DNA of 64,000 nt from an uncultured bacterium (GCA_963786935.1 CAWBAN010000002.1:416001-480000); one strand, 5' to 3'; shown: positions 25,258 to 36,526, numbered from the stretch's first letter. Notes: generated by a model not told the origin, from the letters alone. Numbers and translations are program-made.

Positions 25258-27199
25258 GCGTCTTGTCGATCCACGCTAGAAAGGCGCGAATCGTCTCGTC
25301 GTTCGGGCTCTCGTGCCCCTTGTCGGCTTCCGGATGAAATTGAACCGATGCGCCCGCGCGTTTGAGCTTGGCGACGAATTGCTCGGTATCGCCGTACGGC
25401 ACGTTCAGGTCGCGCGTGCCGTGAAAGATGAAGACCGGCACCCCCTTGAATCTCTTGAGGTTCTCCTTCTGTGTGAAATCGATGAGCTTGGCGTCAGGAG
25501 GGGGAGTGCCAAGTGCCATTCTGGGAGCACCCGAGAATACGGCTATCGCCCTGAACGTTCCGGGAGTCTCATAGAAGGTGCGGTAAACGCCGTAGCCCCC
25601 CATCGAAAATCCGGCAAGGAAGATATTGCGCTCGTCGATGGGGAAATTCTCCTTCACGGATTGGATCGCTTCCGCGATATCGGTCTGCGCGTTGTCCCAG
25701 CTGTAGCAGTTCGATGGCCCTCGGCCGCGCGGACCGAGCGCGATGAAGCCCTCGGGGATCGCCCTCCGCCAACCCCTGATGTCGGATTCCGTCGACGCGC
25801 TCCCATGAAGGAAAACGAGCAGCGGGTATTTCGCGTTCGGATCGAAATCCTTCGGTATCCATACCACGTACGGTTGAAACGTGTCGTCGAGCTTCGAGCG
25901 GTAGGCCATCCGAACGAATTCCCGCTGATCGGCGAACTTGTCTTCGCCCGCCTCGGACGCCTCGATGTAGTCGATCAGCCGGGCGACCCTGATGCGCGGG
26001 GCGGCGGCGGTCTCATACGGGTAGAGCTCTCCGAGATCCGCTCCGATCTCTTCGATCGTGAATTCGAGGGTCGTGCGGCTTCCCGGCGAGAGCGATCCGC
26101 GCGCGCCGTCGAGGCGGCGCCTCAGCGCCGCGGCATCGAACGCCGGGAGGATCGAGAAGCCCGATTCCCCCTTGGATTCGTTGTTCTGCGAGAGCCATTT
26201 CGCGACGTAGCCGCCCGGCGGCTGCTTGTACGATTTCACGATGAGATCCTCGAAGGTGAGCCCCGGTCCGCATTCATAGCTGACTAACACGTAATCGATG
26301 TTCGTTTTCTCGCCCGCCCGCGTGAAGACGACCAGATCTTCCTTGGTCGGCTGCGAAGCGACCGTGACCGCGCGCGCGTGCAGCGTATCTCCTTCGGATA
26401 TGTTGTTTCGATCGAGGAGCACGAACGTCTGCGGATCGCCCGCGTGATGCGGTGGCTCGAACTGGAGCAGCGCGTACTCGCGCGGGCTGTTCTCGTCCCC
26501 GATGCCCGCGTCGACGACCCGGTAGGAATTCACGCCCTTTTCTCCGACCGCCTTGTTCATGGCGAGATTGAAGCCGATTCCGTCGCTCAGCCAGGGATGG
26601 TAGGGATGGACGTCGCTCCAGGGGAGGAGGAGCTCGAAGGCGATCGTGCCGTTCCCGTCAAGGAAGGCCGCCTTGGTGTCGTCGCTCGTCGGGATGAAGA
26701 TGTTATCGACGTTGTAGTACCAGAATATCTTCCTCGTCCAATCCATGCTCTCCCGATCGACCGCGGAGCATGCGAGCACGTAGAACTCTCTCGTCGGCGC
26801 GTTTCCCGGCGCCGGATGAGTCAGGACGAGGGCGAATCCGTCCCCGTTCTGATACGCCCGGTCGCGGTACGTGAGCGCTTCCGCCTCGATCTCGATATAG
26901 ACGTACAGGAATTGCGCGCCGTACGCGAGACGGTAGCTCAGCGCAAAATCCGGATTGCCCGATGTGGATTTTTCGACCAGATTGAAACGTCGAACCGGCA
27001 GATCCCGCAGGGAGGCGTCGAGCACCCCATCTATCGCCGGCGCCTGTGATAGGTACGTGACCGCGGGCTCGACGACGGCCGGCGATTCGGCGAATTTCAC
27101 CGTCTCCCATCCATTCGCTGCTCCCGAAATGCACATCGCCGCGCATGCGGCGAAGGAGACCGCAATCCCCTGCAATCGACAGTAATGGCGCGATTTCAT
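25247..27199 (-). CDS. secreted alpha/beta hydrolase with N-terminal CBM9-like domain
   Basis: Signal peptide; APAIDGVLD; YPLLVFLHG, GFSMGG, HGTRD, KGH. Confidence 0.8.
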   Translation of the reverse strand: MKSRHYCRLQGIAVSFAACAAMCISGAANGWETVKFAESPAVVEPAVTYLSQAPAIDGVLDASLRDLPVRRFNLVEKSTSGNPDFALSYRLAYGAQFLYVYIEIEAEALTYRDRAYQNGDGFALVLTHPAPGNAPTREFYVLACSAVDRESMDWTRKIFWYYNVDNIFIPTSDDTKAAFLDGNGTIAFELLLPWSDVHPYHPWLSDGIGFNLAMNKAVGEKGVNSYRVVDAGIGDENSPREYALLQFEPPHHAGDPQTFVLLDRNNISEGDTLHARAVTVASQPTKEDLVVFTRAGEKTNIDYVLVSYECGPGLTFEDLIVKSYKQPPGGYVAKWLSQNNESKGESGFSILPAFDAAALRRRLDGARGSLSPGSRTTLEFTIEEIGADLGELYPYETAAAPRIRVARLIDYIEASEAGEDKFADQREFVRMAYRSKLDDTFQPYVVWIPKDFDPNAKYPLLVFLHGSASTESDIRGWRRAIPEGFIALGPRGRGPSNCYSWDNAQTDIAEAIQSVKENFPIDERNIFLAGFSMGGYGVYRTFYETPGTFRAIAVFSGAPRMALGTPPPDAKLIDFTQKENLKRFKGVPVFIFHGTRDLNVPYGDTEQFVAKLKRAGASVQFHPEADKGHESPNDETIRAFLAWIDKTLMK

Positions 27200-27351
27200 A
27201 TTGGCTGCCTCCGGCGGGTGAGGAAACGTTTGTCTTCTCGGTGGTATTTGCTTGTACGTGCGCGTGGAACGAAGGTTTCAGCTTTCTTCACTTGCAGTTC
27301 GGCACGGCGGCGTTCCCCTCTGATGAATGCCGCCCCGTGAAGCCTGTCCTC

Positions 27352-28104
27352 TCATTTCAGAACATCGACCGCGCCCGTCCCATACGGATTCTCGTCCGCA
27401 TCCAGCAGGTAACCCATGCAGGACGGCATTGCCGTCGCGCCGTCACTGCCGAATGCCCCCCATTTTGCCGAGAAACCATCAACCACGGCGCCGGTGAATA
27501 TCGCGGGCGCCAGAAAGTTGTTTTGATTCCTCTGCTGCATATGGAAGTGTATGTGGCAGCCGATGCCCGCGCCGGGCGGCAGATACATGTATGCGATGAT
27601 GTCGCCCTTCTTGACCTTCTGTCCCTTCGTTACCTTTATGAATTGTTTGTAGAAATCCGCGGACGGCTCCGGCACCATGGGCTCGATGGAGTAGCACATC
27701 AGGTCTATCAGGGCGCCGCTCTTCGCGAATGCGATATCTATGCCGTACCGGTCGTTCGCGCCCACCGGAAACTTGTAATCGATGCGGTCCACGTACCCGT
27801 CAGCCACGGCGTATATGGCCGGGAAATTCTCGGGCGCGGCGCCGCCGGCCGGCCATTTGTTCGAGGTGTTGTCCCAGTGCACGTGCGCGCCCTGATGCGG
27901 ATAGTTCGCGCGCCTGCCCTTGAACGGATTCCCCGCGTCGACAGAGGACACGTCCACCAGGAACGCATCGGACGGGGTCGTCTTGAATGACTGGATATCC
28001 GGCAAGCCCGGATACTCCGGTTCCGTCGGGGACGACTCGTCGTCTTGACAACCCGCGGCCAGCAGGATCGCGGCTGCGAATAATGCGATGATCGCCCTTT
28101 TCAT
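27352..28104 (-). CDS. lipoprotein, M23-peptidase-like fold
   Basis: LAAGC lipobox; IYAVADG, KGQKVKKGDIIA, HIHF. Confidence 0.7.
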   Translation of the reverse strand: MKRAIIALFAAAILLAAGCQDDESSPTEPEYPGLPDIQSFKTTPSDAFLVDVSSVDAGNPFKGRRANYPHQGAHVHWDNTSNKWPAGGAAPENFPAIYAVADGYVDRIDYKFPVGANDRYGIDIAFAKSGALIDLMCYSIEPMVPEPSADFYKQFIKVTKGQKVKKGDIIAYMYLPPGAGIGCHIHFHMQQRNQNNFLAPAIFTGAVVDGFSAKWGAFGSDGATAMPSCMGYLLDADENPYGTGAVDVLK

Positions 28105-28430
28105 AATCGACCGCCTTTGATGAGCCGGCTCGAGATGCTTTGCATTCATGGCCGAAGACAGCTTGCCTGCGGGAAGCCGCGAATTCAAGCATTACTTCAA
28201 GAGCAGGGGGTCCGCGATGGTCTGTGTCTCTGTTAAGTGGCCCGGGTCCGGAAGGCCGCCGCCGGGCCTGATGTCGATCCGGCCGGCCGGCGCGCGTTCC
28301 GGGCGCGACGCATGCCCCCGGCGACGGCGCGCGCCGAAGCGTTTTTACCGTTGATATTGAGTTGAGGCGAGTCGCCGGATTTCGTACAATTCGCGCGGAG
28401 ACGCGGGAGCGTCACTCAAAGGAGATGCGT

Positions 28431-30098
28431 ATGATTACCGCCGGCAGACGTTTTGTGCCCTTCGCCGCCTTATTTCTTCTTTCGCTCGGGGGGATGCTCC
28501 TCGGGCCGGTCGCGGACGCGCCGGCTCAGGTTCCCGCCGGCATCGCGCCCGAGTCCGAGATGGCGACGGATCGCGAACGGGCGCCCGTCACGCTCGACGG
28601 CGAGGAGCTCTTCTACGTCCGCGGCATCACGGCGTACCCGGCGCGGGAGCGCGCCAAGGCCATCAGCGGGCAGGTCAGAGCCCTCGCCGCCGATCGGTCC
28701 GTGTCTCCCGACTCGCTCCGAGCGGTGGAATCCGACGGCAGGACGAGCCTCGTCGCCCCGGGCTATTTCGTCGCGTCGATATTCGACGCGGACGCGGAGG
28801 ATGAGGGAATCCCCCGGAGACTTCTGGCCGAAGCGTTGCGGAAGAAGGTCGTGCTCGCGGTCGAGACGTATCGGGAGGATCGCGCCCCCGGAGCCCTGCT
28901 GACCCGATCGATCTACGCGTTCGCGGCCACCGTCGTGGCCCTCGTGCTGCTCCTGGTGACGATCCGGATCTTCCGGAGCCTGTACAAGCTGCTCGAACCG
29001 CGCCTCTCGTCGCGGATCGAAGGGCTCCGGGCGAAATCCGGCGACGCGATCCGGATCGAACCGATCTGGATGCTGATCCGGGGTCTCATCGCGACGGTGC
29101 GCGCGCTGACCATTGTCGTGATCGTGTATTTCTATCTCAACTTCGTGCTCGCGCTCTATCCGTGGACGCGGGCCCTGTCGAAGCAGATATTCGCCGTCGT
29201 GCTCGATCCGCTGCGCTCGATGGGGGCCGGCCTTGTCGGCGCTTTGCCGGGCTTGATATTCATTGCCATTCTCGTGATCGTCGCGCGCTACCTCCTGAAG
29301 GCCGTCCGGTTGTTCTTCGCCGGTATCGATCAGAAGAGAGTCGCGTTCGCCGGCTTCGAACCCGAATGGGCCTGGCCGACCTACCGGATCGTGTACGTCT
29401 TGATCATCGCCCTGACGGTCGTGTTCGCCTATCCGCACATCCCCGGATCGGACTCCGGCGCCTTCAAGGGCGTGAGCATCCTCCTCGGCGTCTTGGTGTC
29501 GCTGGGGTCGTCCTCGACTATCGCCAACGTCATCGCCGGCTATACGCTGATCTACCGCCGCACGTTCAGAATCGGCGATATCATCCGGATCAACGATATC
29601 GAGGGGATGGTGTCCGAACGGGCGACTCTCGTGACCCATGTGCGAACGATCAAGAACGAGGACATCGTCATTCCGAACTCGATGATTCTGGCCGGCACGG
29701 TCACCAACTACAGCACGCTGGCGCGCACGCGGGGGCTGATTCTGCATACGAGCGTCGGTATCGGCTACGAAACGTCGTGGCGGCAGGTGGAGGCGATGCT
29801 CCTGCTGGCGGCCGAGCGCACTGCGGGGCTTCTCAAGGACCCGTCGCCGTTCGTTCTCCAGAAGGCGCTGGGCGACTTCGCGGTGACGTACGAGATCAAC
29901 GCCTACACCGACGACCCGACCGGCAGGGCCCGGCTCTACGCGGAGCTGCACCGGAACATTCTCGATGCGTTCAACGAATACGGGGTTCAGATCATGACGC
30001 CGGCCTACGAGGGCGATCCGGAGCAGCCCAAGACCGTGCCCAAGGATCAGTGGTTCAGCCCGCCGGCGGAACGGCCGGGACCCTCCGGCGACAAATAG
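28431..30098 (+). CDS. MscS-family mechanosensitive channel
   Basis: SLGSSSTIANVIAG, FRIGDIIRI, IVIPNS, NILDAFNEYGVQIMTP. Confidence 0.92.
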   Translation: MITAGRRFVPFAALFLLSLGGMLLGPVADAPAQVPAGIAPESEMATDRERAPVTLDGEELFYVRGITAYPARERAKAISGQVRALAADRSVSPDSLRAVESDGRTSLVAPGYFVASIFDADAEDEGIPRRLLAEALRKKVVLAVETYREDRAPGALLTRSIYAFAATVVALVLLLVTIRIFRSLYKLLEPRLSSRIEGLRAKSGDAIRIEPIWMLIRGLIATVRALTIVVIVYFYLNFVLALYPWTRALSKQIFAVVLDPLRSMGAGLVGALPGLIFIAILVIVARYLLKAVRLFFAGIDQKRVAFAGFEPEWAWPTYRIVYVLIIALTVVFAYPHIPGSDSGAFKGVSILLGVLVSLGSSSTIANVIAGYTLIYRRTFRIGDIIRINDIEGMVSERATLVTHVRTIKNEDIVIPNSMILAGTVTNYSTLARTRGLILHTSVGIGYETSWRQVEAMLLLAAERTAGLLKDPSPFVLQKALGDFAVTYEINAYTDDPTGRARLYAELHRNILDAFNEYGVQIMTPAYEGDPEQPKTVPKDQWFSPPAERPGPSGDK

Positions 30099-30138
30099 CG
30101 TCGAGAACCCTGGTGACAGCCCCGAAGCGCCGTCGCCT

Positions 30139-31542
30139 CTAGGGCCCGAGCTTCACGACGAAGATGTCATTTCCGCCGGCGCTCGTGAGCGTATCGCCGC
30201 CGAAGGCGATGGTGCCTTCGAATGCCCCCGCGGCAAACACATTTCCCGAAGCATCGGCGCCGAGGGCGAATGCGGCTTGATATTGCGCATCCCCGAACCG
30301 CTTGCTCCAGAGGTGGTTCCCGCCGGACCCGAACTTCGCGATGAAGACGTCTCCATAGCCCGTCTCCGTGAGCGTGCCGCCGCCGAAGTCGGTGGAGCCG
30401 GCCAAACTCCCCGTGATGATCGCGTTCCCCGAGGCGTCGGCTGCGATAGCGTAGCCGCTTTGAGTAGCCGCGTCCCCGAACCGCCTGCTCCAGAGGTGGT
30501 TCCCGCCGGACCCGAACTTCGCGACATAGATGTCCCTGTCGCCCGCGCTCGTCAGCGTACCGCCGCCGAAGTCGACGGTGCCCTCGAAGAATCCCGTGAT
30601 GATCGCGTTCCCCGAAGCATCGACCGCGATCTCGGCGACATACTGATCTTCCGGACCGCTGCCGAAGCTGTCGCTCCAGCGGCAAACGCCCGCGGAATCG
30701 AGCTTCGCGATAAAGAGGTCCGTTCCGCCCGTGGTCGCGAGCACGCCGCAGCCGAAGTCAAGGGCGCCGAGGAACGGTCCCACGACGAATACGTTACCCG
30801 AGGCATCGACGGCGACGTCGTTCGAATACTGCTCGTATGGATTGCCGTAGCTTTTGCTCCAGATGTGTGCGCCGTTGGGCTTGAACCTCGCGACAAAGAC
30901 GTCCCAGCCGCCGTTGCTGACGAATGAATCGCCGCCGAAGTAGATCGAGCCCTGGAAAATCCCCGTGACGACGATGTTTCCCCAGGCGTCGGCGGCGACG
31001 GCGGTGCCCTCTTGGGGATTCGGGTCGCCAAAACGCTTGGCCCAAATTTCAGCGCCGCCGGGCCCGAACTTCGCGACAAAGACGTCTTCGTAGACCGAGG
31101 AGGATGTCAGAATGGTGCCGCCGAAGTTGATGCTGCCTTTAAAGTTTCCCGTGATGATTGCGTTTCCCGAAGGATCGACGGCGATGCTTTGGACGGACTG
31201 TTGCTCCTCGTCCCCGAACCGCTTGCTCCAGATGTGCGAGCCGTCGGGCCCGAACTTCGCGACGTAGATGTCCTCGCGCGAACCGGAGGCCGTCAGCGGG
31301 CCGCCGCCGAAGTCGACGGTGCCGTAGAAGACGCCGGCGATGAAGACGTTTCCCGAGGCGTCGACGGCGAGAGCTCTGGTGTGCTGGCCGTATTCGTTTC
31401 CGAACCGCATGCTCCAGATGTGCTTCCCGAGCGTCGGCGCGGGTTTGTCGTCGGGCCCCGTGCCGTCGTCGCTGCATCCGACTGCCAGCCACAGGCTCAA
31501 CGTAAGCGCCAGCGACATGGCGCATCTGATCAGACAACGCAT
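30139..31542 (-). CDS. SBBP-type beta-propeller repeat lipoprotein
   Basis: RBS AGGAGG; LAVGC lipobox; about seven repeats of AVDASGN...G.F.GTVDFGGG.LT...DIYVAKF...WSKRFG. Confidence 0.85.
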   Translation of the reverse strand: MRCLIRCAMSLALTLSLWLAVGCSDDGTGPDDKPAPTLGKHIWSMRFGNEYGQHTRALAVDASGNVFIAGVFYGTVDFGGGPLTASGSREDIYVAKFGPDGSHIWSKRFGDEEQQSVQSIAVDPSGNAIITGNFKGSINFGGTILTSSSVYEDVFVAKFGPGGAEIWAKRFGDPNPQEGTAVAADAWGNIVVTGIFQGSIYFGGDSFVSNGGWDVFVARFKPNGAHIWSKSYGNPYEQYSNDVAVDASGNVFVVGPFLGALDFGCGVLATTGGTDLFIAKLDSAGVCRWSDSFGSGPEDQYVAEIAVDASGNAIITGFFEGTVDFGGGTLTSAGDRDIYVAKFGSGGNHLWSRRFGDAATQSGYAIAADASGNAIITGSLAGSTDFGGGTLTETGYGDVFIAKFGSGGNHLWSKRFGDAQYQAAFALGADASGNVFAAGAFEGTIAFGGDTLTSAGGNDIFVVKLGP

Positions 31543-31583
31543 ACTATTCCTCCTGAGCTTCACTGAGGCCGCGGCGAATCCGG

Positions 31584-34500
31584 CTACTTCTTCGGATACG
31601 GCGGCTTCTCCGGGAACACGGCCGGCTGCTCCTTGATCTGCTTCATCAGCACCTCGATCGCCGTCTCGAGCTGCTTGTCGTGGCCGGCCATCGCGGAGGC
31701 CGGATCGTTCTCCACGAGGATATCGGGATCGGCGCCGTGGTTCTCGACCCACCACGCGCCGGCGGCGTTGTAGAACGAGTTGTTCGACTGGTGCACCGTG
31801 CCGTTGTCGATCGTCGTCTGACCGTTCAGGATGCCTACGAGGCCGCCCCACGACGGCACGCCGATCACTGTGCCGAGCTTGCGCGCCTTGAAATGCTCGA
31901 CGAACGCCTCGCCGTCGGAGCCGTTGTACTCGTTCGTGAGCACGGCGTAATGCGCCGACGAGGCGCCCGGGGGATACGTGAACGGCGCCATGTTCTTCAG
32001 GCAGTTCTTCGCGACCATCTCCCGCTCGAGCTTGTCGACGAGGAAATACTCGGTCCAGCCGCCGCCGTTCCCGCGCACGTCGATGACGATCCCCTTCTTG
32101 TACTTGAACGCGCGCCAGTACTTGTCGAACTGGGCGGTGTTGTCCGAGCCCATGGCCGTGATGTGCATGTATCCGATCTCGCCGCCGCTCGCCTCGGCGA
32201 TCTTCTTGATGTTGTCCGCGATCCAGCGCTGATACCGAAGGTCGTACTCGGAGATGACCGGTTCCACGACGTAGGTCCGCGCGCCCGCCGCGCCCGGCTT
32301 GTCGTTCACCGTCACCGACACCTTCTGTCCCCGGATCACCTGGAGGTACGCGTACGGATTGGCGGGAGTACGGATCTCCTTCCCGTCGATCGCGATGAGG
32401 TAATCCCCTTCCTTCACGGCGATGTCGGGCCTCACGAGCGGTCCCTCGAGGTCGCGCGCGTACTCCGTCGGGCCGAAGATGGTCTTCAGCCGGTAGAAGC
32501 CCGCCGGCGAAGCCTCGAGCTCGGCGCCGAGGTATCCGGTATTCACGGGATTGTCGGGCTGCTTCTGCGGTCCGCCGTCGCCGCCGCTGATGTACGTGTG
32601 CGACACGCACAGCTCGCCGACCATCTGCGAGAGGAGCCAGTTGAGATCCTGACGCGAGGTGAGCTGGGGGAGGTAGGCGCGGTACGCCTCGCCGATCTTC
32701 TTCCAGTCCCTCCCGTGCATGCCGGGATCGTAGAAGAAGTCGCGGTACCACCGCCACGCGTCGTCGAAGATCTGCGCCCATTCCTCGCGCGGCGCCGCGC
32801 GATAGATCATGCGATCGAGGTCGAGGGCCTCGCCGGTCGATTTCGACGAGAACGCTTTCTCGACCGTGCCGGTATAGTAGTCGTTCCCCGACTGGACGAT
32901 CATCCGCTCCCGGTCGGCCGAGAGGCGCCAGTCGTTGATCTTCTTGTCGATGACGATCTCCTTCTCGTCCGCCATGTCGAAGATATGGACGTCCCACACC
33001 CGCCTGCCGCCCGGCGTGAAGATCTGCTCGTAATCGTTCTCGCCGAAGTCGTCTCTCGACGCCCACGTGACGCATCCCTTGCCCGCCTTGAGATAGAAGT
33101 AATTGCCGGCGGACACGGGAAGGACGAACGCGCGGGCCCGGATTCCGTCGAGGTCGATGCGGAAGGGCTCCTTCGGCTCCTTCGGCTCCTTCGAATCCTT
33201 CGATTCTTTCGAAGCCTTCGATTCCTTGGCTTCCTGCTTCTCCGCGTCTTCGGCGGGCTTGAAGAAGGGCGGTTTCTGCCCCGCCTTGAGCTGCACCGCC
33301 ATGACCTGCACCGGATCCGGGATCACGTGGTTGTCCTCGAAGACATCCATGCGCGCGCTGAAATGCCGGTAGGAGAGGAAGTAGAGATAATCGCCGTTCG
33401 CATCGAACGAAGGATTGAGGTTGTCGTAGAACTCGTCGGTCACCGGAGTCGACTTTCCCGAATCGAGGCTGTGGAGGAATATCTTGCTGTTCCTGTTCGG
33501 CTGCACGAACGAGTACGCGATCCACTTGCTGTCCGGGGACCACGAGTAGTCGCTGATCTCCCAGTAGAACTCGTCGTTCTTGAGCTGATTCGAGGAATCG
33601 ACCTTGATCAGCTTTTTCGTCGCGACGTCGACGACGTAGATGGCGAAGTCCTTCGTGCCGAAAAGAATCTTCGTCCCGTCGGGGGACCATTCGAGATGAT
33701 ACTTCGTCGTGACGAGCCCGTCGGTGAGCTTGATCCAATCGCCCGCCGGCTCGAGGGGCCGCACGTAGAGCTCGTACTCGCCCGACCTGTCGGAGAAGAA
33801 GGCGACGCGCTTCCCGTCGGGAGAGAGCTGCGGGTAGCGCTCGCGCGAGCCGGGGCTCATGGTGATGTTGCGCGTCTCGCGATCCTTGTCCGACGGCACG
33901 AGGAACACGTCGCCGCGGGCCTCGAAGACGGCCGTCTTCCCGTCGTTCGAGACTGACATCGAGTGGATGTACTCCTTCGGGTTGATCGTGCGATCCGCGA
34001 TCGTCCAGGCGTCCGTCGGAACCTGCACCTTCACGGGGCGCGGCGCGTTGTCGGCCGGATCGAGGACGTACAGGTATCCCGAATGGAGGTACACGATGCG
34101 CTTCCCGTCGGTGGACGGCATCTGCACGTCGAAGTCGCCGTAGCGGGTGATCTGTTCGACCTTCTTCGAGGCGAAGTCGTAGCGATAGAGATTTGCGATG
34201 CCGTTCTCGCCGCGGTCAGATACGAAATACATCCCGCCGCCGATCCACATCGGGTAGCTGTTCTTGCCCACGTAGTCGGTCAGCTTGTCGAAGGTCTTCG
34301 CGCCGAAATCGTAGAGCCAGATTTCCGGATACTGGCCCCCCTTGTAGCGCTTCCAGTAGTACTCCTCGCGCCCCCGGCTGTTATAGACCATTTTCTTGCC
34401 GTCGGGGGAGAAGGTGCAGAGCGTGCCGCGGGGGATGGGGAGCCGCTCCGGCATCGATCCGTCGAGGGAGACCGAGTACAGCTTGGTAATCGGGCGGAAG

Positions 34501-34886
34501 GTGTTTTCGAAGGATGAGCGGAAGACGACGCGCATGCCGTCCGGGGTCCAGGACACGGCCTGCGCGGACGGGCCGTAGGTCAGGCGTTTCGGCGCCCCGC
34601 CGTCGATGGGCATGAGGTACACGTTGGGCCCTTTGTCGTAGCTTCCGGAAAACGCGATCCAGCCGCCGTCGGGCGAGATCTTCGCCGCGAACTCGCTGCC
34701 GGGGTGCACGGTGAGCCGCACTGCCGTGCCGCCGCCGGCGCTCACCGACCAGAGGTCGTCCTCGTACGTGAAGACTATTTTCTCTCCGCGGATGTCCGGA
34801 TACTGCATGAAGCGGCCGTCGGCGGCCGCGAAGGCCGGGCTTGCGAAGAAGAGACCGATGCAGAGGGCGGCGAGGGCGTTTTTCAT
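31584..34886 (-). CDS. tricorn-like S41 protease
   Basis: Signal peptide; PD40 propellers, PDZ, IDVRGNGGG, GSDGE, WGGLVG, ENHGADPD. Confidence 0.93.
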   Translation of the reverse strand: MKNALAALCIGLFFASPAFAAADGRFMQYPDIRGEKIVFTYEDDLWSVSAGGGTAVRLTVHPGSEFAAKISPDGGWIAFSGSYDKGPNVYLMPIDGGAPKRLTYGPSAQAVSWTPDGMRVVFRSSFENTFRPITKLYSVSLDGSMPERLPIPRGTLCTFSPDGKKMVYNSRGREEYYWKRYKGGQYPEIWLYDFGAKTFDKLTDYVGKNSYPMWIGGGMYFVSDRGENGIANLYRYDFASKKVEQITRYGDFDVQMPSTDGKRIVYLHSGYLYVLDPADNAPRPVKVQVPTDAWTIADRTINPKEYIHSMSVSNDGKTAVFEARGDVFLVPSDKDRETRNITMSPGSRERYPQLSPDGKRVAFFSDRSGEYELYVRPLEPAGDWIKLTDGLVTTKYHLEWSPDGTKILFGTKDFAIYVVDVATKKLIKVDSSNQLKNDEFYWEISDYSWSPDSKWIAYSFVQPNRNSKIFLHSLDSGKSTPVTDEFYDNLNPSFDANGDYLYFLSYRHFSARMDVFEDNHVIPDPVQVMAVQLKAGQKPPFFKPAEDAEKQEAKESKASKESKDSKEPKEPKEPFRIDLDGIRARAFVLPVSAGNYFYLKAGKGCVTWASRDDFGENDYEQIFTPGGRRVWDVHIFDMADEKEIVIDKKINDWRLSADRERMIVQSGNDYYTGTVEKAFSSKSTGEALDLDRMIYRAAPREEWAQIFDDAWRWYRDFFYDPGMHGRDWKKIGEAYRAYLPQLTSRQDLNWLLSQMVGELCVSHTYISGGDGGPQKQPDNPVNTGYLGAELEASPAGFYRLKTIFGPTEYARDLEGPLVRPDIAVKEGDYLIAIDGKEIRTPANPYAYLQVIRGQKVSVTVNDKPGAAGARTYVVEPVISEYDLRYQRWIADNIKKIAEASGGEIGYMHITAMGSDNTAQFDKYWRAFKYKKGIVIDVRGNGGGWTEYFLVDKLEREMVAKNCLKNMAPFTYPPGASSAHYAVLTNEYNGSDGEAFVEHFKARKLGTVIGVPSWGGLVGILNGQTTIDNGTVHQSNNSFYNAAGAWWVENHGADPDILVENDPASAMAGHDKQLETAIEVLMKQIKEQPAVFPEKPPYPKK

Positions 34887-35094
34887 GACGTTTTCTCCTT
34901 ATGCGCTTGGTCGTGAGGCGACATTGTACACCATCTCAACGCGCTGAACAAGTCGAACAATGCCGGCACCCGCACCGGCATGCAACTCCGCGTTCTCCTC
35001 GCTCGTATTCTACATGGAGCCGGTTTTCGAAGACGGGTTTTTCCCGCGGCTCATCGTCGGCCAAACGGGAGAGACCTGTGGGAGGAGGACTGCG

Positions 35095-36345
35095 GTGGGA
35101 AGGATAAGCGTTCGTATCACGGCATTTTCAATCATGTGGCTCGCGATCGCCGCGCTTTGCGAGTCCACGGCAGATGGATCGCCGGCGTCCGCCGCCTCGC
35201 CGAATGTCCGGTTCCATGCGGGGACCAGCGCCCGCGACATCCCGTTCGCCTATGAGCAGATGCATATCATCGTGAACGTCAAGGTAGGCGACGCCATGGA
35301 AATCCCGATGCTGCTCGATACGGGATTCGGGTTCGAGGGGGCGATTCTCTTGGATCCGGCGCTCGGCGAGAAATTGGGGTTGAAGTACGTGAGCGAGGTG
35401 CCGCTCGGAGGGGGGGGAAAGGAACGGCCGATGACGGCACGGGTCGCTCTCGGCGCCGATCTCTCGCTCCCGGGCATCACGTTCTCGGGGCAGCAGCTGC
35501 TCGTCGTCACCGACGCGGCGCCGTATGCGAACTATCCCGCACGCGGCATCATCGGGAAGACGCTTTTCGATAGCGTCATGGAAATCGACTACGATGCCTG
35601 CGTCCTGCATCTGTACGACGGCGCGTCATACACGTACGGCGGTTCGGGAGAGGAGTTCGATTTCGAGTTCAGCCAGGGCATCCCCGTGATCGATGCGGCG
35701 GTCTCCATCGATGGCGGCGCGAACCTCCCCGTCCGGATGCTGGTCGATACCGGCGCGGCACAACTGCTCCTTTTCACCTTCTCCCGCCGGGACCTCGGCG
35801 AGCCTCCGGGAGTCATCGAGGGGACGGACAGGATTCTCGCGAAGGGTTTTGCAGGCACCGTTCGCGGCACGACCGGGCGGATCAAGCAGCTTCGCCTGGG
35901 GAGATATGCCCTGGATGGCGTCATCACGTCGTTTCCCGACGAGGAATCGTGGGGAAGCGCGGGCATTCTCGGGCAGAACGGCATGATCGGCAATGACGTG
36001 CTCAAGAGGTTCCGCGTCGTGTTCGACTATCCGCGCCGGCGCTTGTATCTCGAGCCGGGCCGGCGTTTCGCGGATCCATTCGACTGGGACATGGCGGGGA
36101 TGATCACCGAGAAGACGCCCGCGGGCGCGTTGCAGGTGATCGATGTAGTCCTCGGTTCGCCTGCAATAGAATGCGATATCCGCCCGGGAGACGCGATTGT
36201 CGCCGTAGACGGTCGAGCGGTCGCCCGTCTGACATACGAAGAGGTTTGGCATCGGCTCGTGCAGGATGGAGCGAGCGTGCATCTCACGGTCGACCGACGC
36301 GGCGTAACGCTCGAAAAGACAATCGTTTTGCGGCGAATGGTCTGA
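35095..36345 (+). CDS. retropepsin-like aspartyl protease with PDZ domain
   Basis: RBS GGAGGAGG then GTG; LLDTG and LVDTG motifs; C-terminal GSPA...IRPGDAIVAVDG. Confidence 0.85.
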   Translation: MGRISVRITAFSIMWLAIAALCESTADGSPASAASPNVRFHAGTSARDIPFAYEQMHIIVNVKVGDAMEIPMLLDTGFGFEGAILLDPALGEKLGLKYVSEVPLGGGGKERPMTARVALGADLSLPGITFSGQQLLVVTDAAPYANYPARGIIGKTLFDSVMEIDYDACVLHLYDGASYTYGGSGEEFDFEFSQGIPVIDAAVSIDGGANLPVRMLVDTGAAQLLLFTFSRRDLGEPPGVIEGTDRILAKGFAGTVRGTTGRIKQLRLGRYALDGVITSFPDEESWGSAGILGQNGMIGNDVLKRFRVVFDYPRRRLYLEPGRRFADPFDWDMAGMITEKTPAGALQVIDVVLGSPAIECDIRPGDAIVAVDGRAVARLTYEEVWHRLVQDGASVHLTVDRRGVTLEKTIVLRRMV

Positions 36346-36526
36346 TGCGGCGCAGAGGAAAGCTGATGCCTCCCGCCGCGCTCTGGAAAGAGGGCTGGCG
36401 GCGTAAAAATTCTACTTTTTCTTAACGATTCCGCTGGAAGCCGCCCGGCTCGGATAGTATAATTCCTCTGTTTACCTGCCGTCCGGCGGCAGCACCCTGG
36501 AAACTCAATATAACGGGAGGGAACGT

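Noticed and set aside
30292..30524. Near-identical ~50-bp DNA repeats
   Set aside because: Explained by beta-propeller blade repeats within the CDS.
33166..33235. 9-bp tandem repeat
   Set aside because: It encodes an in-frame KES/KEP linker in the tricorn protease; ordinary low-complexity sequence.
31543..33738. 1199-aa ORF 30139..33738
   Set aside because: The upstream part is an alternative frame over the tricorn protease; the real gene starts at 31542 with an RBS and lipobox.
35016..35028. GGAGCCGGTTTT, another core-like match in an intergenic region
   Set aside because: It lacks the conserved left arm, the minus frame gives no WLP-like tail, and it is 20 kb from the array; likely chance.
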